NCBI GenBank assembly: GCA_951406725.2
Contig: OX597815.1
Location: 107,942,001-108,006,000 of the forward strand
Reading direction: 5' to 3'
Source of the DNA: Octopus vulgaris
Taxonomy: Eukaryota
Length of the DNA: 64,000 nucleotides
Each line of letters starts with the position of its first letter. The first letter of the stretch is position 1. The notes beneath the pieces were generated by a model, which saw only the letters and a list, made by a program, of their open reading frames with translations, did no database searches and was not told the DNA's origin. The position numbers and the translations under genes were made by a program. Positions 1-11,387 of this stretch are shown here, one piece after another.

Positions 1-559
1 AATCATTATTCTTTGGTTGTGCATGTTGCTGTGTTCTTCATTACTGGAATACTTTAAGGCATGTTGTCGGTGTCAAGAATGTGAAGTTTTGATCATTGTT
101 GTAAATGGACAAGGTGATGTGTAGGATTACATTGACCAATGTGCCCATTCCTTTTTCTTGCAGATTAAGTGAATGATAGAGACTCTTTATTATTACTAAT
201 GCTGCCGTTGTACATTGCCAATGCTTTATTTCCATCACTTTTAGATATTTTACTCCTACAAATATATGTATTTCTCTCTATCCTGGAGTCACATTTTTAA
301 TCACTATGCTTTGAGCCAATGAGGAAGTTTCTATGAAGCCACTCAAATAGCTAGAAACAACAGCCAAATTTCCTTCAGGGTTAATCCAGGGCGAACAAGA
401 AACAGCTATGTCATCATCATATCAAACAATCATTTATTCAACATATGGTGATTATGTAATGCTAAAATAAACTCAACAATTATTGATGGAATTTTCAATT
501 AGTGCAATATGTACTACTTCTTTGTTTTTTCTTGAGTTGCCACCATTCTTTATCTTAGT

Positions 560-925
560 CTTTTATCTTTTATCTTTAATTTGCTTCAGTCTTGGACTAT
601 GGTAATGTTTGAAGGGTTTAATGGAACAAATCAACCCAAGTACTAAGTTCTTTTTTTTTTTTTTGGAAGTCTGATTCTTAATCTATCTGTCTCATTTGCC
701 GAACTGCTATGTTACAGGGACATACACAAACCAATACTGATTTTCAAGTGGAAGATGAATACAAACACAAAGACATACAGTTTCTGTCAACCAAATTCAC
801 TCAAAGGCATTAATCAGTCTGGGGCTATTGTAGAAGACACTTGCTGTAGGTACTGCACAAGGGGATTGATCTCAGAACTACATGGCTGCAAACTAAATGT
901 CTTACCATAACAGCTGTACCTGTCT
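560..925 (-). mobile_element. Degraded tRNA-head SINE, family D
   Basis: Colinear with the cleaner copy at 45838-46248 (ttgccgaactgcta..., ccaaattcactca..., tagaagacacttg..., cttaccataacagc). Confidence 0.7.
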
Positions 926-1639
926 GTGACTATATAGAAAATTTATTCTAAAGCAATATGGAATTTCCTGCATGTTTTTATTTCCACATTTTGCATCCCT
1001 TCATAGATAAGACTGTCTCAATGTTAGTAATTTAAATAAATTAATACAGTGCTAGCTGGCACTGTTATACAGAGATCAGCTCATGGGTTACTAGAAATGA
1101 AATGAATATCATTAGGGTATTATCCAAGATATAACATCAATAAATATTATTTAAGACATAGAAAATAGAAGAAGCTTGACTTCTCAGAGTTATGGGAACA
1201 ATCAATCATCTCGTACTGGGGCAAACAAAATAAAATACAGTAGCTTGTTTTAGGAAAACAAAGCATTACTTCTGGTATTATTTGATCTCATCAGTCATTT
1301 CTGTTCTAAAGCTTCACTTTTTAACCTTTATAATGACAGCATAACAAATACAAGGTTGTAGCTGTGGCCATCTTTGTTACATCAAATATATGTTTGACTG
1401 CAATAGTTTCAGACTTCTAACTTTCAAACCTAAAATAATGTTGCTGTTTCAGTTGTTAAAACTGTTGTTGTTATTGTAGTAGTGGTAGTTTTTTGTTATG
1501 GTTGTTGTTGTTTTAAGTACAAGTCTGTTCTAACAAAACAAACTTATGATTAGAAACATTACGTCTCTGATCGTCTGGCATTTTGATTCTAGGAACAGTG
1601 TACCTCTGACTACATTATCTAATGTGACTAGGAGAGAGG

Positions 1640-1790
1640 GCTAGTCAAATGCAGTGACCCTGGTGCTCAACTGATACTTATTTTGTCAATCCTGAAAGGA
1701 TGAAAAGCAAAGTTGACCTTGGTGGAATTTGAACTCAGAACATAATAAAGGTGGATGAAATACTGCTAAGCACTTTGTCTCATGTCAGTT
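1640..1790 (-). mobile_element. SINE family B, partial
   Basis: Shared motif cctgaaaggatgaaaagcaaagttgaccttggtggaatttgaactcagaac; B-box-like gagttcaaattcc on the minus strand. Confidence 0.75.
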
Positions 1791-1871
1791 GAGTTGACTA
1801 TAGTTGTCCTTGATCCTTTTTATATGGGGCCTTGTAACTAAGGTAGAAATTATTATTATTATTATTATTAT

Positions 1872-2107
1872 AAACATCACACAGTATACAATATCATGAG
1901 GTTGTTGATTGAAGATACTGTGTCTACCGGGGAATGTACTGTTTGTTAAATTACAAGGACTTCAGGCAGACAGTACTTTATGCAATATTTGTGCAGTTCC
2001 AAGCAATGCCTATTTTTGCTATACATCTGAATTGTAGGGTATTTATAAAGTTTTCAGATGTTTTTTTCAGATTGGGTGGTATTGAACCCAATGCCCCAAT
2101 GACAAAT
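1872..2107 (-). mobile_element. 3' end of R4/Dong-like RLE non-LTR retrotransposon
   Basis: Minus strand reads FVIGALGSIPPNLKK and, after a frameshift, ALLGTAQILHKVLSA*, the typical C-terminus of RLE-clade ORFs; 3' end abuts (TTA)n at 1849-1871. Confidence 0.7.
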
Positions 2108-2204
<97 letters not shown>

Positions 2205-2228
2205 ACTACTACTACTACTACTACTACT
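2108..2228. repeat. Compound microsatellite (TAC)n(TGC)n(TAC)n
   Basis: Direct reading; explains the poly-Y/poly-C ORF 1934..2269. Confidence 0.97.
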
Positions 2229-2292
2229 ATCTTTTTAAAAATAAAATATGGTCTGTTGTCTTCTGCTGAACCTGGGTCATCCCTTGACCCTA

Positions 2293-2339
<47 letters not shown>

Positions 2340-2525
2340 CATACCTTGCTGGGCAAAATGCTTAGTGGTATTTCTTACAGTTCTTTACATTCTGAGTTCA
2401 AATTCTACTGAAGTCAACTTTGCTTTTTATCTGTTTGGGGGCAATGAAATAAGTACCAGCTGCACACTGAGGTCAATGTAGCCCTTCCCTCAAAATTTCA
2501 TATCTTGTGTCTATAGTAGAAATCA
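2340..2525 (+). mobile_element. SINE family B
   Basis: gggcaaaatgcttagtggtattt...ctgagttcaaattc...aataagtaccag; follows (TTA)n at 2293-2337. Confidence 0.75.
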
Positions 2526-3245
2526 TTATTATTACTATTATCATCATTACTATCATTATTTTTATTATTGAGTGAAAGAGCAACACACATCATCAATCTG
2601 ATGCTGGGGTCACTAGTGTAGCTAGAGTGTGTACTGCCCGGGATGACCTTTCCATTTGCTGCCCTCGGACCCCACAAAAAATACATATTGCCTACAGCAG
2701 ACCCAAAAGTACCACCTGGGATGGACCACACCTATGCTAGTGGCTGGCATACAAATATACAAAGCCCAATATACCAGGTATACCTTGCACATGCATCACA
2801 ACCATATGTGCATGACATGGTGACATCATACCAAGATAAACTATCCATGACCTTGCAGGTGGGGCTCACTAAGAACTTTCTTCAGATTGAGTAGCCCATC
2901 CTAATCAAAAGATCCCAGAATACGGTTTGTTTAAGAATGATGAATGAAACAACTCATGTTTCCAGGAGTGAATTATTGAAACCACAAAGAATCCCTCTCA
3001 ACACATGAGTATGATGGTCCCCCACTACTCCTGCTTACGATCAGAGATGTACATATTGTCAGCCACTAAGGGAAATGCTCATCTGGGTAAGGTCAAGCAA
3101 ATAACAAGTAAATATGTGGTATTGAGCAGAATATTTGCTGTAACCCATCATTTACACCATGACAAAACATGTACATGATAACACTTCCATTCAGTTAAGA
3201 TGAGAAGCCATGAAAGCCACTGCCCAGTACTGCATCAGAGTATTG
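2525..3245 (-). mobile_element. Non-coding ~600-700 bp interspersed repeat flanked by TAA-type repeats (family F)
   Basis: Long colinear similarity to 29480-30052, both ending at ...ctgcatcag(a/g)g; left end matches the inverted fragment at 30199-30312. Strand inferred from that truncated copy. Confidence 0.75.
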
Positions 3246-3247
3246 AT

Positions 3248-3485
3248 TATTACCCCTACCTTTAGCGAAGATGGAGGTATTGTTTTCAGTTGTGTTTGTT
3301 TGTTTGTCTGTGGACAAGATATCTAAAGAACCATTGGATTGATTCAGATGAAATGTTCAGGGATGTTTGGCCTCGTGACTAGCATGAACTGATTAGATTA
3401 TGGAATCAATCCAGTATCGGTTAAGGATTCTGGATTATTTTTCTGATTATTTTACTTAATTTTTGAGAGCAGTCAGGTCCATTTT
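3248..3485 (+). mobile_element. Helentron-associated (DINE-1/HINE-like) element 5' fragment
   Basis: Starts ttattacccctacctttagcgaagatggaggt (short hairpin), then a (GTTT/GTCT) microsatellite and gatatc...ggatt...atgaaa...gattagatt blocks typical of HINE-like elements. Confidence 0.5.
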
Positions 3486-3489
3486 TAGG

Positions 3490-3720
3490 AAGCCAGTCGG
3501 GGCGGCGCTGGCAACGGCCATGAACGGATGGTGCTTTTTACGTGCCACCGGCACGGGGGCCAGGCGAGGCTGGCAACGGCCACGAACAGATGGTGCTTTT
3601 ATGTGCCACCGGCACGGAGGCCAGTCGGGGCAGCGCTGGCAAAGGCCACAATCGGATGGTTCGCTTACTTGTCACCGGCACTGGTATCACAGCCGCAATT
3701 TCCATTGATGTTGATCGACT
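3490..3720 (-). repeat. ~65-bp minisatellite from the RTE-LINE 3' UTR (family A)
   Basis: About three units of ggtgcttttacgtgccaccggcacgg..gccag..ctggcaacggccac; same units occur inside family A copies. Confidence 0.8.
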
Positions 3721-3799
3721 TCGATTTTGGTTCTGCTTTCTGATATCTGATTTGATTTTGATTTTGATTTTTTTGATTTTTTGATTACTATTATTATTA

Positions 3800-4112
3800 T
3801 TTTTTGATAATATCTGGTTTTAATTTTATTAAGGCTTTATCAAGTTATAAGTCAGTGAAAAAAAATGAATAATAAAGTAAACTATTTATCTTCTTGTGTT
3901 TTAGTATTATGCTGTGTAGTAATTATTTTGTTTTTGGTGGAGAATTTAATGATATTTTATTTGCTTTTTGAAATTTCGTCAATTTCTACTTTGTTATTAA
4001 TTGTAAGTTGGGATTGTCAGCCTGAACGGTTACATGCTGGTACATATATAATATTATATACAGTTAGGGCTTCTTTGCCTTTATTATTATGTTTATTATT
4101 ATTAGGTTATTA
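3800..4112 (+). pseudogene. ND4: NUMT: nuclear copy of part of mitochondrial NADH dehydrogenase subunit 4
   Basis: [40 protein letters not shown] matches the conserved ND4 block FE.SLIPTL.LI.GWGYQPERLQAG.Y...YT..ASLPLL. In invertebrate mitochondrial code ATA ATA and AGG give GTYMMLYTVSASLP. Conserved residues are substituted and the context is nuclear repeats. Confidence 0.92.
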
Positions 4113-4114
4113 TT

Positions 4115-4530
4115 AATTTCATTGTCATCTTTCAATTCTGTTTCCATTTCTTACCAAGTGTCTTCCTGACACCTAGGACAGAGAAACACACTGTATACAT
4201 TGGTGAGCCATTAAAATAAACATACCAGATTGTTCATTTACAAAGTCATGTTATAGAGAAAAAGGGGGAAGAAAGACAGAGAGAAAAAGGAAAAAATATA
4301 AAAATATAAAAGTAAACAAAGAAAATAAAGAGCATAAAAGAAAGAAAATTCAAAGCGACAGTGCTCTTCTCAATACGTGTGTCATACCAGGTAGGACAAT
4401 ATTTTGCACTTCCTGCATGGAAGGTAAGCCAGGGATCATACCCAAATGTTTCAGTTCCTTTTTTGATCATTCCAAGTGCTCCTACAATCACTGGTATTGT
4501 AACTGTTTTGAGGTGCCACATCTTTTCAAT
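4115..4530 (-). mobile_element. 3' end of R4/Dong-like RLE LINE
   Basis: IEKMWHLKTVTIPVIVGALGMIKKG; 3' terminus (ttcaattctgtttccatttctt...acacc) matches that of the copy at 32000-32708. Confidence 0.8.
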
Positions 4531-4776
4531 TCTTCTTCTTCTTCTTCTTCTTCTTCTTCTTCTTCTTCTTCTTCTTCTTCTTCTTCTTCGTCGTCGTCGT
4601 CGTCGTCGTCGTCGTCTTCTTCTTCTTCTTCTTCTTCTTCTTCTTCTTCTTCTTCTTCTTCTTCTTCTTCTTCTTCTTCTTCTTCTTTGTTGTCATCGTC
4701 GTCTTCTTCTTCTTCTTCGTTGTCGTCGTCGTCGTCATCTTCTTCTTCTTCTTCTTCTTCTTCTTTTTCTTCTTCC

Positions 4777-4830
<54 letters not shown>

Positions 4831-4838
4831 CATTATTA
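4530..4838. repeat. Compound microsatellite (TTC)n/(TCG)n/(TTA)n
   Basis: Direct reading; source of the poly-L/S/K ORFs. Confidence 0.97.
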
Positions 4839-4839
4839 T

Positions 4840-5600
4840 ATGTTTGACTTTTGCTTTGCATTTGTACAAGTTGGCTCCAAGTCTCACTCAGAGACCACAA
4901 GAGACAACAAGTTAGAAGTTCATGTTAGTATTATGCCTTGGATGCCATATATTTAGTTTTGTACATAGTGTGGTTCTAGAGAATGTTTAAGAAACCATAA
5001 GAAAAATATGTGTTTGTTTTTAAAATTTGAGATTACATAGACAGTATTTTACGTAGGATATGGGCAGTTCCCATGAGCACTATCTTATGAATTTCTGCCA
5101 TTTTGGGGTATCCTGGTATCTGAGCTCGGTAGCAATCAAATCCGTTTGCTATCATTCCTAGGGCACTTATGACAACAGGTATTGTTTTAGTCGTCAGGTT
5201 CCACATTTTGCTAATTTCTATTTCAAGATCTTTATACTTGCTCAGTTTTTGAAAGGTCTTGACAGATACATTTATATCAATTGGGACAGTCATATCAATG
5301 AGAAAGCATAATTTTTGTCTGAAGTCTTTCAGTATGATGTCTGGCCTATTTGCATCTATCTTTCTGTCAGTTTGAATGGTAAAATTCCAGAGGTATGGCT
5401 AAAGCATTGATTGTTTTGATCCTGTTTCTTGCATTCAGCTCTGTCATCAGTATTGCTCTCACCCTGCAATAACATTTTCTTTTGATCTTTTCCCTCATCA
5501 CTACGTGTTTGATTCCGTCTCCTTCAATTACTCCTAGGTATTTGTAGCTCTTCGCTGGTTCTAACTCTTGTATGACTTTCTGCTGGTCAAGGTTAACATT
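4840..5600 (-). mobile_element. Internally deleted R4/Dong-like RLE LINE fragment
   Basis: End of RT/thumb (SYKYLGVIEGDGI...ELNARNRIKTINALAIP) joined near 5380 to the RLE nuclease (ANRPDIILKD..LIDMTVP..KLSKYKDLEIEISKMW..IPVVISALG..GTAHILRKILSM*) and a 3' UTR ending in (TAA)n. Confidence 0.88.
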
Positions 5601-6000
5601 CATCATCATCATCATCATCATTTAGCGTCCGTTTTCCATGCTAGCATGGGTTGGACGGTTCTGCTGGGGTCTGTGAAGCCAGAAGGCTTCATCAGGCCCA
5701 GTCAAATCTGGCAGTGTTTCTACGGCTGGATGCCCTTCCTAACGCCAACCACTCCGTGAGTGTAGTGGGTGCTTTTTACGTGCCACCCGCACTGGTGCCA
5801 GCCAGAGCTGGCAAACGGCCATGAACGGATGGTGTTTTTTATGTGCCACCGGCACGAGGGCCAGGCGAGGCTGGCAACGAACACGAAACGGGGCGGTGCT
5901 GGCAACGGTCGCGAAACGGAAGGTTCTCTTACATGCCACCGGCACTGGTAACACATCTGCAATTTCCATTGATCGATTTCCATTGATCGATTTCGATTCT
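5601..6000 (-). mobile_element. RTE-LINE 3' end (family A) with (GAT)n tail and internal minisatellite
   Basis: (CAT)n-tttagcgtccgttttccatgctagcatgggttggacgg...ggatgcccttcctaacgccaaccac followed by tandem units. Confidence 0.85.
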
Positions 6001-6004
6001 GATC

Positions 6005-6060
<56 letters not shown>

Positions 6061-6224
6061 CATCATTATTATTATCATTATGATCATTACTATTATTATA
6101 TGCTTTAGTGCTGGATTAAGTGCTTTTCAATATTTAGATCCATTGGTCTAAATCCTGATTTCAAAATATCGCCTTGCATCTATTCAACTGTTAACACTTC
6201 TTCTGGCTCTGCATCAGCTACAAC

Positions 6225-6520
6225 AACAAGGGTCCCAGTTGATCTGATCGATGAACAGACTACTCATGAAATTAACGTGCAAGTGGCTGAGTATTCCACA
6301 GACAAGTGTACCTTCGATGTAGTTCTCTGGAAGATTCAGTGTAACACACTGAATGTGACAAGGCTGGCCCTTTTGAATTACAGGTACATCTCATTTTTGC
6401 CAGATGAATGGGCTGGAGTAACATGAAATAAAATATCTTGCTCAAGGGTACAGCACACCACTGGGAATCAAACTCACAATCTTAAAATCATAAGCTGAAT
6501 ATCCTAACCACTGAGCCATT
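6225..6520 (-). mobile_element. CORE-type SINE, family C
   Basis: CORE-like aaatatcttgctcaagggtaca plus tRNA-like head (ggaatcaaactc...cctaaccactgagcc); similar to 8545-8780 and 33030-33320. Confidence 0.75.
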
Positions 6521-8544
6521 CACCAAGTTGATGGATAATGATTTTTATGTCTGTAAAACATATGCATAAAAATAACTTACACATTAAAATGACAAATGTT
6601 TCATGGAAATCATAAGAAATGGAAATATTGACAAGGTGGCGTCCACCCAAGGCCAAAAAATGTCAATAATGTTGCTAATATTAAAGAACTGGATGCCAAA
6701 TGAATGCTAGGAAACATCGGTACTTAAAGATATGTGACAGCAGACAATAACAGTACCAGCAGTAATAAGAAAATAACAAAATGGTTGAAGTGTTTGGAGG
6801 AATATTAAAAAAAAAAGAGAGATTTATCACGAGATTGTAATAACAAACATATAGTTTGTTTCGGAGAAACGGAGAAAACTACATTGATTTATAATTGCTG
6901 GAGCAAGTGTAATGACCATGTTTTTGTGATGTCTTTAAAAGAACTTGGGATATTATTGACAGCATAATGCTTGTCGGATTTGGAAAATACTCTGCTAAAG
7001 TTGTTTAGCTCCAGTTCAGCTCTGATAAAGACTGCTAGTAAAAAATGTATTATAGATATTAGTTGTCTACATTTTTGTATATCAGAGACTATCTTGTTTA
7101 ATGTGCCCTTCTGTTTTTTTTGTTTTTTTAATTTTAAGATGAATGTGTGATATCAGGGAGATTTTACTACTGCTTATGATAGGTCAAGTAACCACATGAA
7201 GCCTCCCTGATGCACTAATGGAGGCAGTAATGATGGTTGGAATTGAGAAAAATAACTTTGAGACCAATTTATTACAAGCACAAATCTCTACAGAAATATC
7301 AATATTTGTGAAATGAATTAATTAATCACTAAAATTTATTTTCAATTTGAATTTATATTAGATATTATGACAAACATGACTGTGATGTTCAAACATTAAT
7401 GATTTGGCAGGTTTATTCACTTGTTGGACAAAATGCTTTTCAGTATTTAGTAACATTTTAAGTTTAAATACTGCAGAGTTCACTTTTGTCTCTTGTCCTT
7501 CTGGAGTTGGTAAAATAAAATACTAGTCACGTTCTGGGAATATTCCCATAATACATTCAAGAAGTGATTGAAATTATAAAACAAGACAAAAACTAAATAG
7601 AAACATGTTTACCTGGCAAATAATAGATGGCTGATTCAGTTATCATCTGTGGATCTGTTGCTTCTTTCTGTCTTTAATTGATGCTTGTAAGGTTTAATAC
7701 TATTTTGAATTATGAAATAATGTAATTTTTTAATATAATTTTGGACACTGTGGAGAACAAGAGATACTGGGGCAAGGTGAAACAAAAGATACTGTCAAAC
7801 TGTTTGTAATGAAGGGATGAAGTATCCGAAAATTTCAGTCTTCATGGAAGTTAGTGACAAACAGAGAAACAGAGTATTCCCTACCCGTAGCTTGTCAATA
7901 ATCCTATGTAGAAGAGGAAGATGAAATGTTTCGAATGTGCATCATGAGATTATATTTAGGAACATTGTTTCGTTGGTAGCCTCCTCCCCAAGAAAAAAAA
8001 AATCCATACCTACTTTTTACTGAAGAACATCCAACATATAACAGGACCTTATGAGAAGAAAAATAAGAATAGGGCAGTTGCTCATCCCATAAAGAAGCAA
8101 AACAGGGTCTCCCATGACGTTTTTGATTGATCTACTTAGAATAGCAGCTAATTACTATTCAAATAATGTTAAACTACATAATATAATGCAAGACAAATCA
8201 GATAGGATGGTCAGATTTGGAAAATCTTCACATTTAGTTTTGCTCATTGCTGGCTAATAGTCAAACACCATCTAGTCCTTCCATTCTTTTGCCACAGAAA
8301 CAAATGAGGAGGAGAAATCACAGAAGAATTTCCATATGAAGAAAATAACGGAGTTAGTTGTTCCAATGGCTACATATAAAAATAACAAAATAACTTCATA
8401 AGTGAAAAAAAATCTTTGTCATACTGAAGTAGAAGCCAAGGTCATCCTAAGGCATGGGAAACTAGGCAGATGTCCAGCGGCCTCAGAGGCCTTGAGGCCC
8501 AGTTCTGGTCTATATCAAACTGGTACTCCGTTGGTTAAGATGAC

Positions 8545-8780
8545 AAGAGATCCAGTTGGTCTGATCAATGGAACAGCCTACTCATGAAATTAATGTGCAG
8601 GTGGCTGAGCACTCCACAGACACATGTACCCTTAATGCAGTTCTCAGGAGAATTCAATGTGACACAGGATACGACAAGGCTAGCCCTTTGAAATACAGCT
8701 AAAACTTAGTTTTGTCAGCTGAGTGGACTGAAGCAACATGAAATAGAGTGTCTTGCTCAAGGACACACTGCACCGCCAGT
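8545..8780 (-). mobile_element. CORE-type SINE, family C
   Basis: gtgtcttgctcaaggacac CORE motif; body matches 6225-6520. Confidence 0.75.
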
Positions 8781-9109
8781 TTTATAATTATTATTATTAG
8801 AGAGAGAGTGGGGGAGGAAAAAAGATGAAAATAATTTGGTAATTTGATATTAATGGTAGAAATTGTTGTTTAGCTCCAGGCCAGCCCTGAGTGAATAAAC
8901 CTCTGAGCAAAGTTACTCTAGTCTGACCAACGATCTTTTAAAAAGCATTTCTTTATTTAAGGTGGCAGTATATGACTTACTTGAATGAGAAATGGTTGCT
9001 AACCATAGAGTAACCATAGAGACACATAGAGTCCTCCTCATTGGCAGTAGCTATTTTGATACATGCTTAGAATGTTGTTGGGGTATGGATAATGGTCAGA
9101 ATTGACTTT

Positions 9110-9424
9110 TTCTGCTCATTGCCAGTGCCATGTAAATGGCATTTGTGAATCTTAGTTGTGGTTGCTGTCGGTGCCATATAAATGACACCCATGCATTGTA
9201 GTCGTGGTCTTTACTGGTGTCATGTAAATGGCATCCCTGCCAGTGACATGTAAAAGCACCCATTACATTCCTGGAGTGGTTGGCATTAAGAAGGGCATCA
9301 TGCCAAATCAGACTGGAACCTGGTTCAGCTCTTTGGCTTATCAGTTCCAGTCAAACCATCCAACCCATGCCAGTATGGAAAGTGGACGTTAAATGATGAT
9401 GATGATGATGATGGTGATGATGAT
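9110..9424 (+). mobile_element. RTE-LINE 3' end (family A)
   Basis: Degenerate minisatellite units then ggttggcattaagaagggcatc...ccaacccatgccagtatggaaagtggacgttaaa(tga)n. Confidence 0.8.
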
Positions 9425-9857
9425 TCCAGGGAATTCACTAATATTTTATCATGTACCAGTGGATATTAAAAGCAGATGAGAATGGAAGTTGTTCAGCTGT
9501 GGGTCTGTCTTGATGAAGCAGGCCTATTATTGAAAGAGCTTCAGCCATGAGCAATCAGGATTCAACCTGTTCTTTTGTGTATCATGGTCCAATGTGTCCT
9601 TTGTTTAAAACAGAATGGTGTATTTGAGGGTAGTTGGCTGCAATTTCCAGGAGGATGAGTAGAAGTATGTTAGGTTGTTAATTTTTCCTCATAATAGTCC
9701 TCATAAGAATGACAACTTGGGTAGCAGAGAACTAAGTTCATGATATAAACTTTTTAATGAATTTAAAACCTTATGAGATTACACTATCTGACATAACAAA
9801 TACCTGTCTTGAGCCAACAAAGGAGCTTCTATGTAGATGCTCAGCTTGCTAGAAATA

Positions 9858-10090
9858 TATTTCTTTACTACCCACAATGGGCTAAACACAGAGGGGACAA
9901 ACAAGGACAGACAAACAGATTAAGTCGATTACATCGACCCCAGTGTGTAACTGGTACTTAATTTATCGACCCTGAAAGGATGAAAGGCAAAGTCGACCTT
10001 GGCGGAATTTGAACCCAGAATGTAACGGCAGACGAAATACGGCTACGCATTTCGCCTGGCGTGCTAACGTTTCTGCCAGTTCGCCGCCTT
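9858..10090 (-). mobile_element. Near full-length SINE family B inserted into an older repeat
   Basis: Head ggcggcgaactggcagaaacgttagc on the minus strand, CpG-rich; ctagaaata occurs on both sides (possible target-site duplication) within an old family E copy. Confidence 0.85.
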
Positions 10091-10556
10091 AGCCAGTTCT
10101 AGAAATAGCAGACAAATTCTCTTTCTGACAACTTAAACAGAGAGTGACATATTGTATCTTTTGCAATTAAATGTTCATTTCTAAAATAAAAAAAAAGATA
10201 TGATGCGCAAGGCTGGACTGTCATTAACCACGGCTGACTTATTCAAAATTGGCCTGGGACTAGGTAACAACAATGCTGTGAATGTGTTGTAATGATCAAT
10301 GCTGGAATGTCTCTCAACATATGTCTACTGAAGTCTGAACTGGCCTGAGGCTCAACAATATCAGCAACAGCTAGTTGTTTAACATGAAATTGTTGGTGAT
10401 CAAATGTCTATTTGAATCAGACAGTGAGTCAAATTCAACAGAAATTACTATGATGTTAATATGGTAATCATTGATTCTGTGGTCTTGCTGTATGATTTTT
10501 GCCTTGGAAATCAGCTCATTGTAGGTGATATTGATATGAATGAGAAAACCTCATTT

Positions 10557-10676
10557 GAGCCAGCTTTTCATTGTATTGTACCTTTCCTGGTCACATTGTG
10601 TTCTTCAGTGTCAGGAGCCAGCTTCTCTTACTATATTCTACTTTTCTTGATCACAGCAAGTTCTTCATTGTCAGGC
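10557..10676. repeat. Diverged ~59-bp tandem duplication
   Basis: Two units starting gagccagctt and ending gttcttca.tgtcag. Confidence 0.65.
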
Positions 10677-11166
10677 TGAAATTTGAATGCAGTCCTGAAT
10701 GCAAAACTAACCAAATAGAATAGTGTTGCTGTTGTTATTGTCACAGACCTATGATCAAAGACATTCTAAGCATAACCATTACAATCTTTTTCCCAAGCAT
10801 AATGTATTCTGGACTAAATTATCTAATGTCTATTTTTAAAAAATATTCTTATAATAGCTTAGTAAGAGGATGAAGGGCATCACTCAAAATCCTTTTCAGA
10901 AACTCTAAGACTGGTGAGAGGTAAATAAGTAAGTTTTCTTTTGGTCTAGAGAGCTGTGCTCCACAAAAGACATGGATAGTATTAAACTGGGAGATAGATC
11001 AAATCAACAACCTTCCCCATCACAGCAAAAGAAGCAGTTATAGTCTCACCAATAAACTGAAAGTTTTCATCTACCAAATTGATCTGAGCTTATGGTAGAA
11101 GATATCCAATCTACTATGCTATGAGATTGAACCTGAAATCATATAGTTGTGAAATTCCCCCTTTAA

Positions 11167-11387
11167 CCCTTTCATTACCAACCCAACCCAACTGAAACCG
11201 GCTCTGGCTCTGAGTACAAACGTCTTGTTTTCATAAGTTTTGAATAAAAATCTTCCACCAAACCTTAGTCACAATTTATGTTCCTAACACTATCTGAACG
11301 ATAACTAAGTTATTTTATGAAATTCTCTAATATAAAGTAATCAAAAGAAATACAAAGCATCTCAAAATAAATACAGTAACGAAAGGG
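11167..11387. mobile_element. piggyBac-type MITE
   Basis: TTAA|ccctttcattac ... gtaacgaaaggg|TTAA: 12-bp TIR (11/12 match), CCC/GGG ends and TTAA on both sides. Confidence 0.88.

Noticed and set aside
1934-2481. ORFs with poly-Y/poly-C runs (likewise 4361-4956, 20386-20711, 25584-25950, 30009-30632, 39122-39578, 50572-50988)
   Set aside because: Translations of microsatellites; no coding signal.
3490-3720. Regular GC-rich repeats as a CRISPR-like array
   Set aside because: Whole units are similar (no unique spacers), they belong to the RTE 3' UTR, the DNA is eukaryotic and there are no cas genes.
3865-4116. 83-aa ORF as a functional nuclear gene
   Set aside because: It is an internal ND4 fragment with conserved residues mutated; the open frame is inherited from mtDNA.
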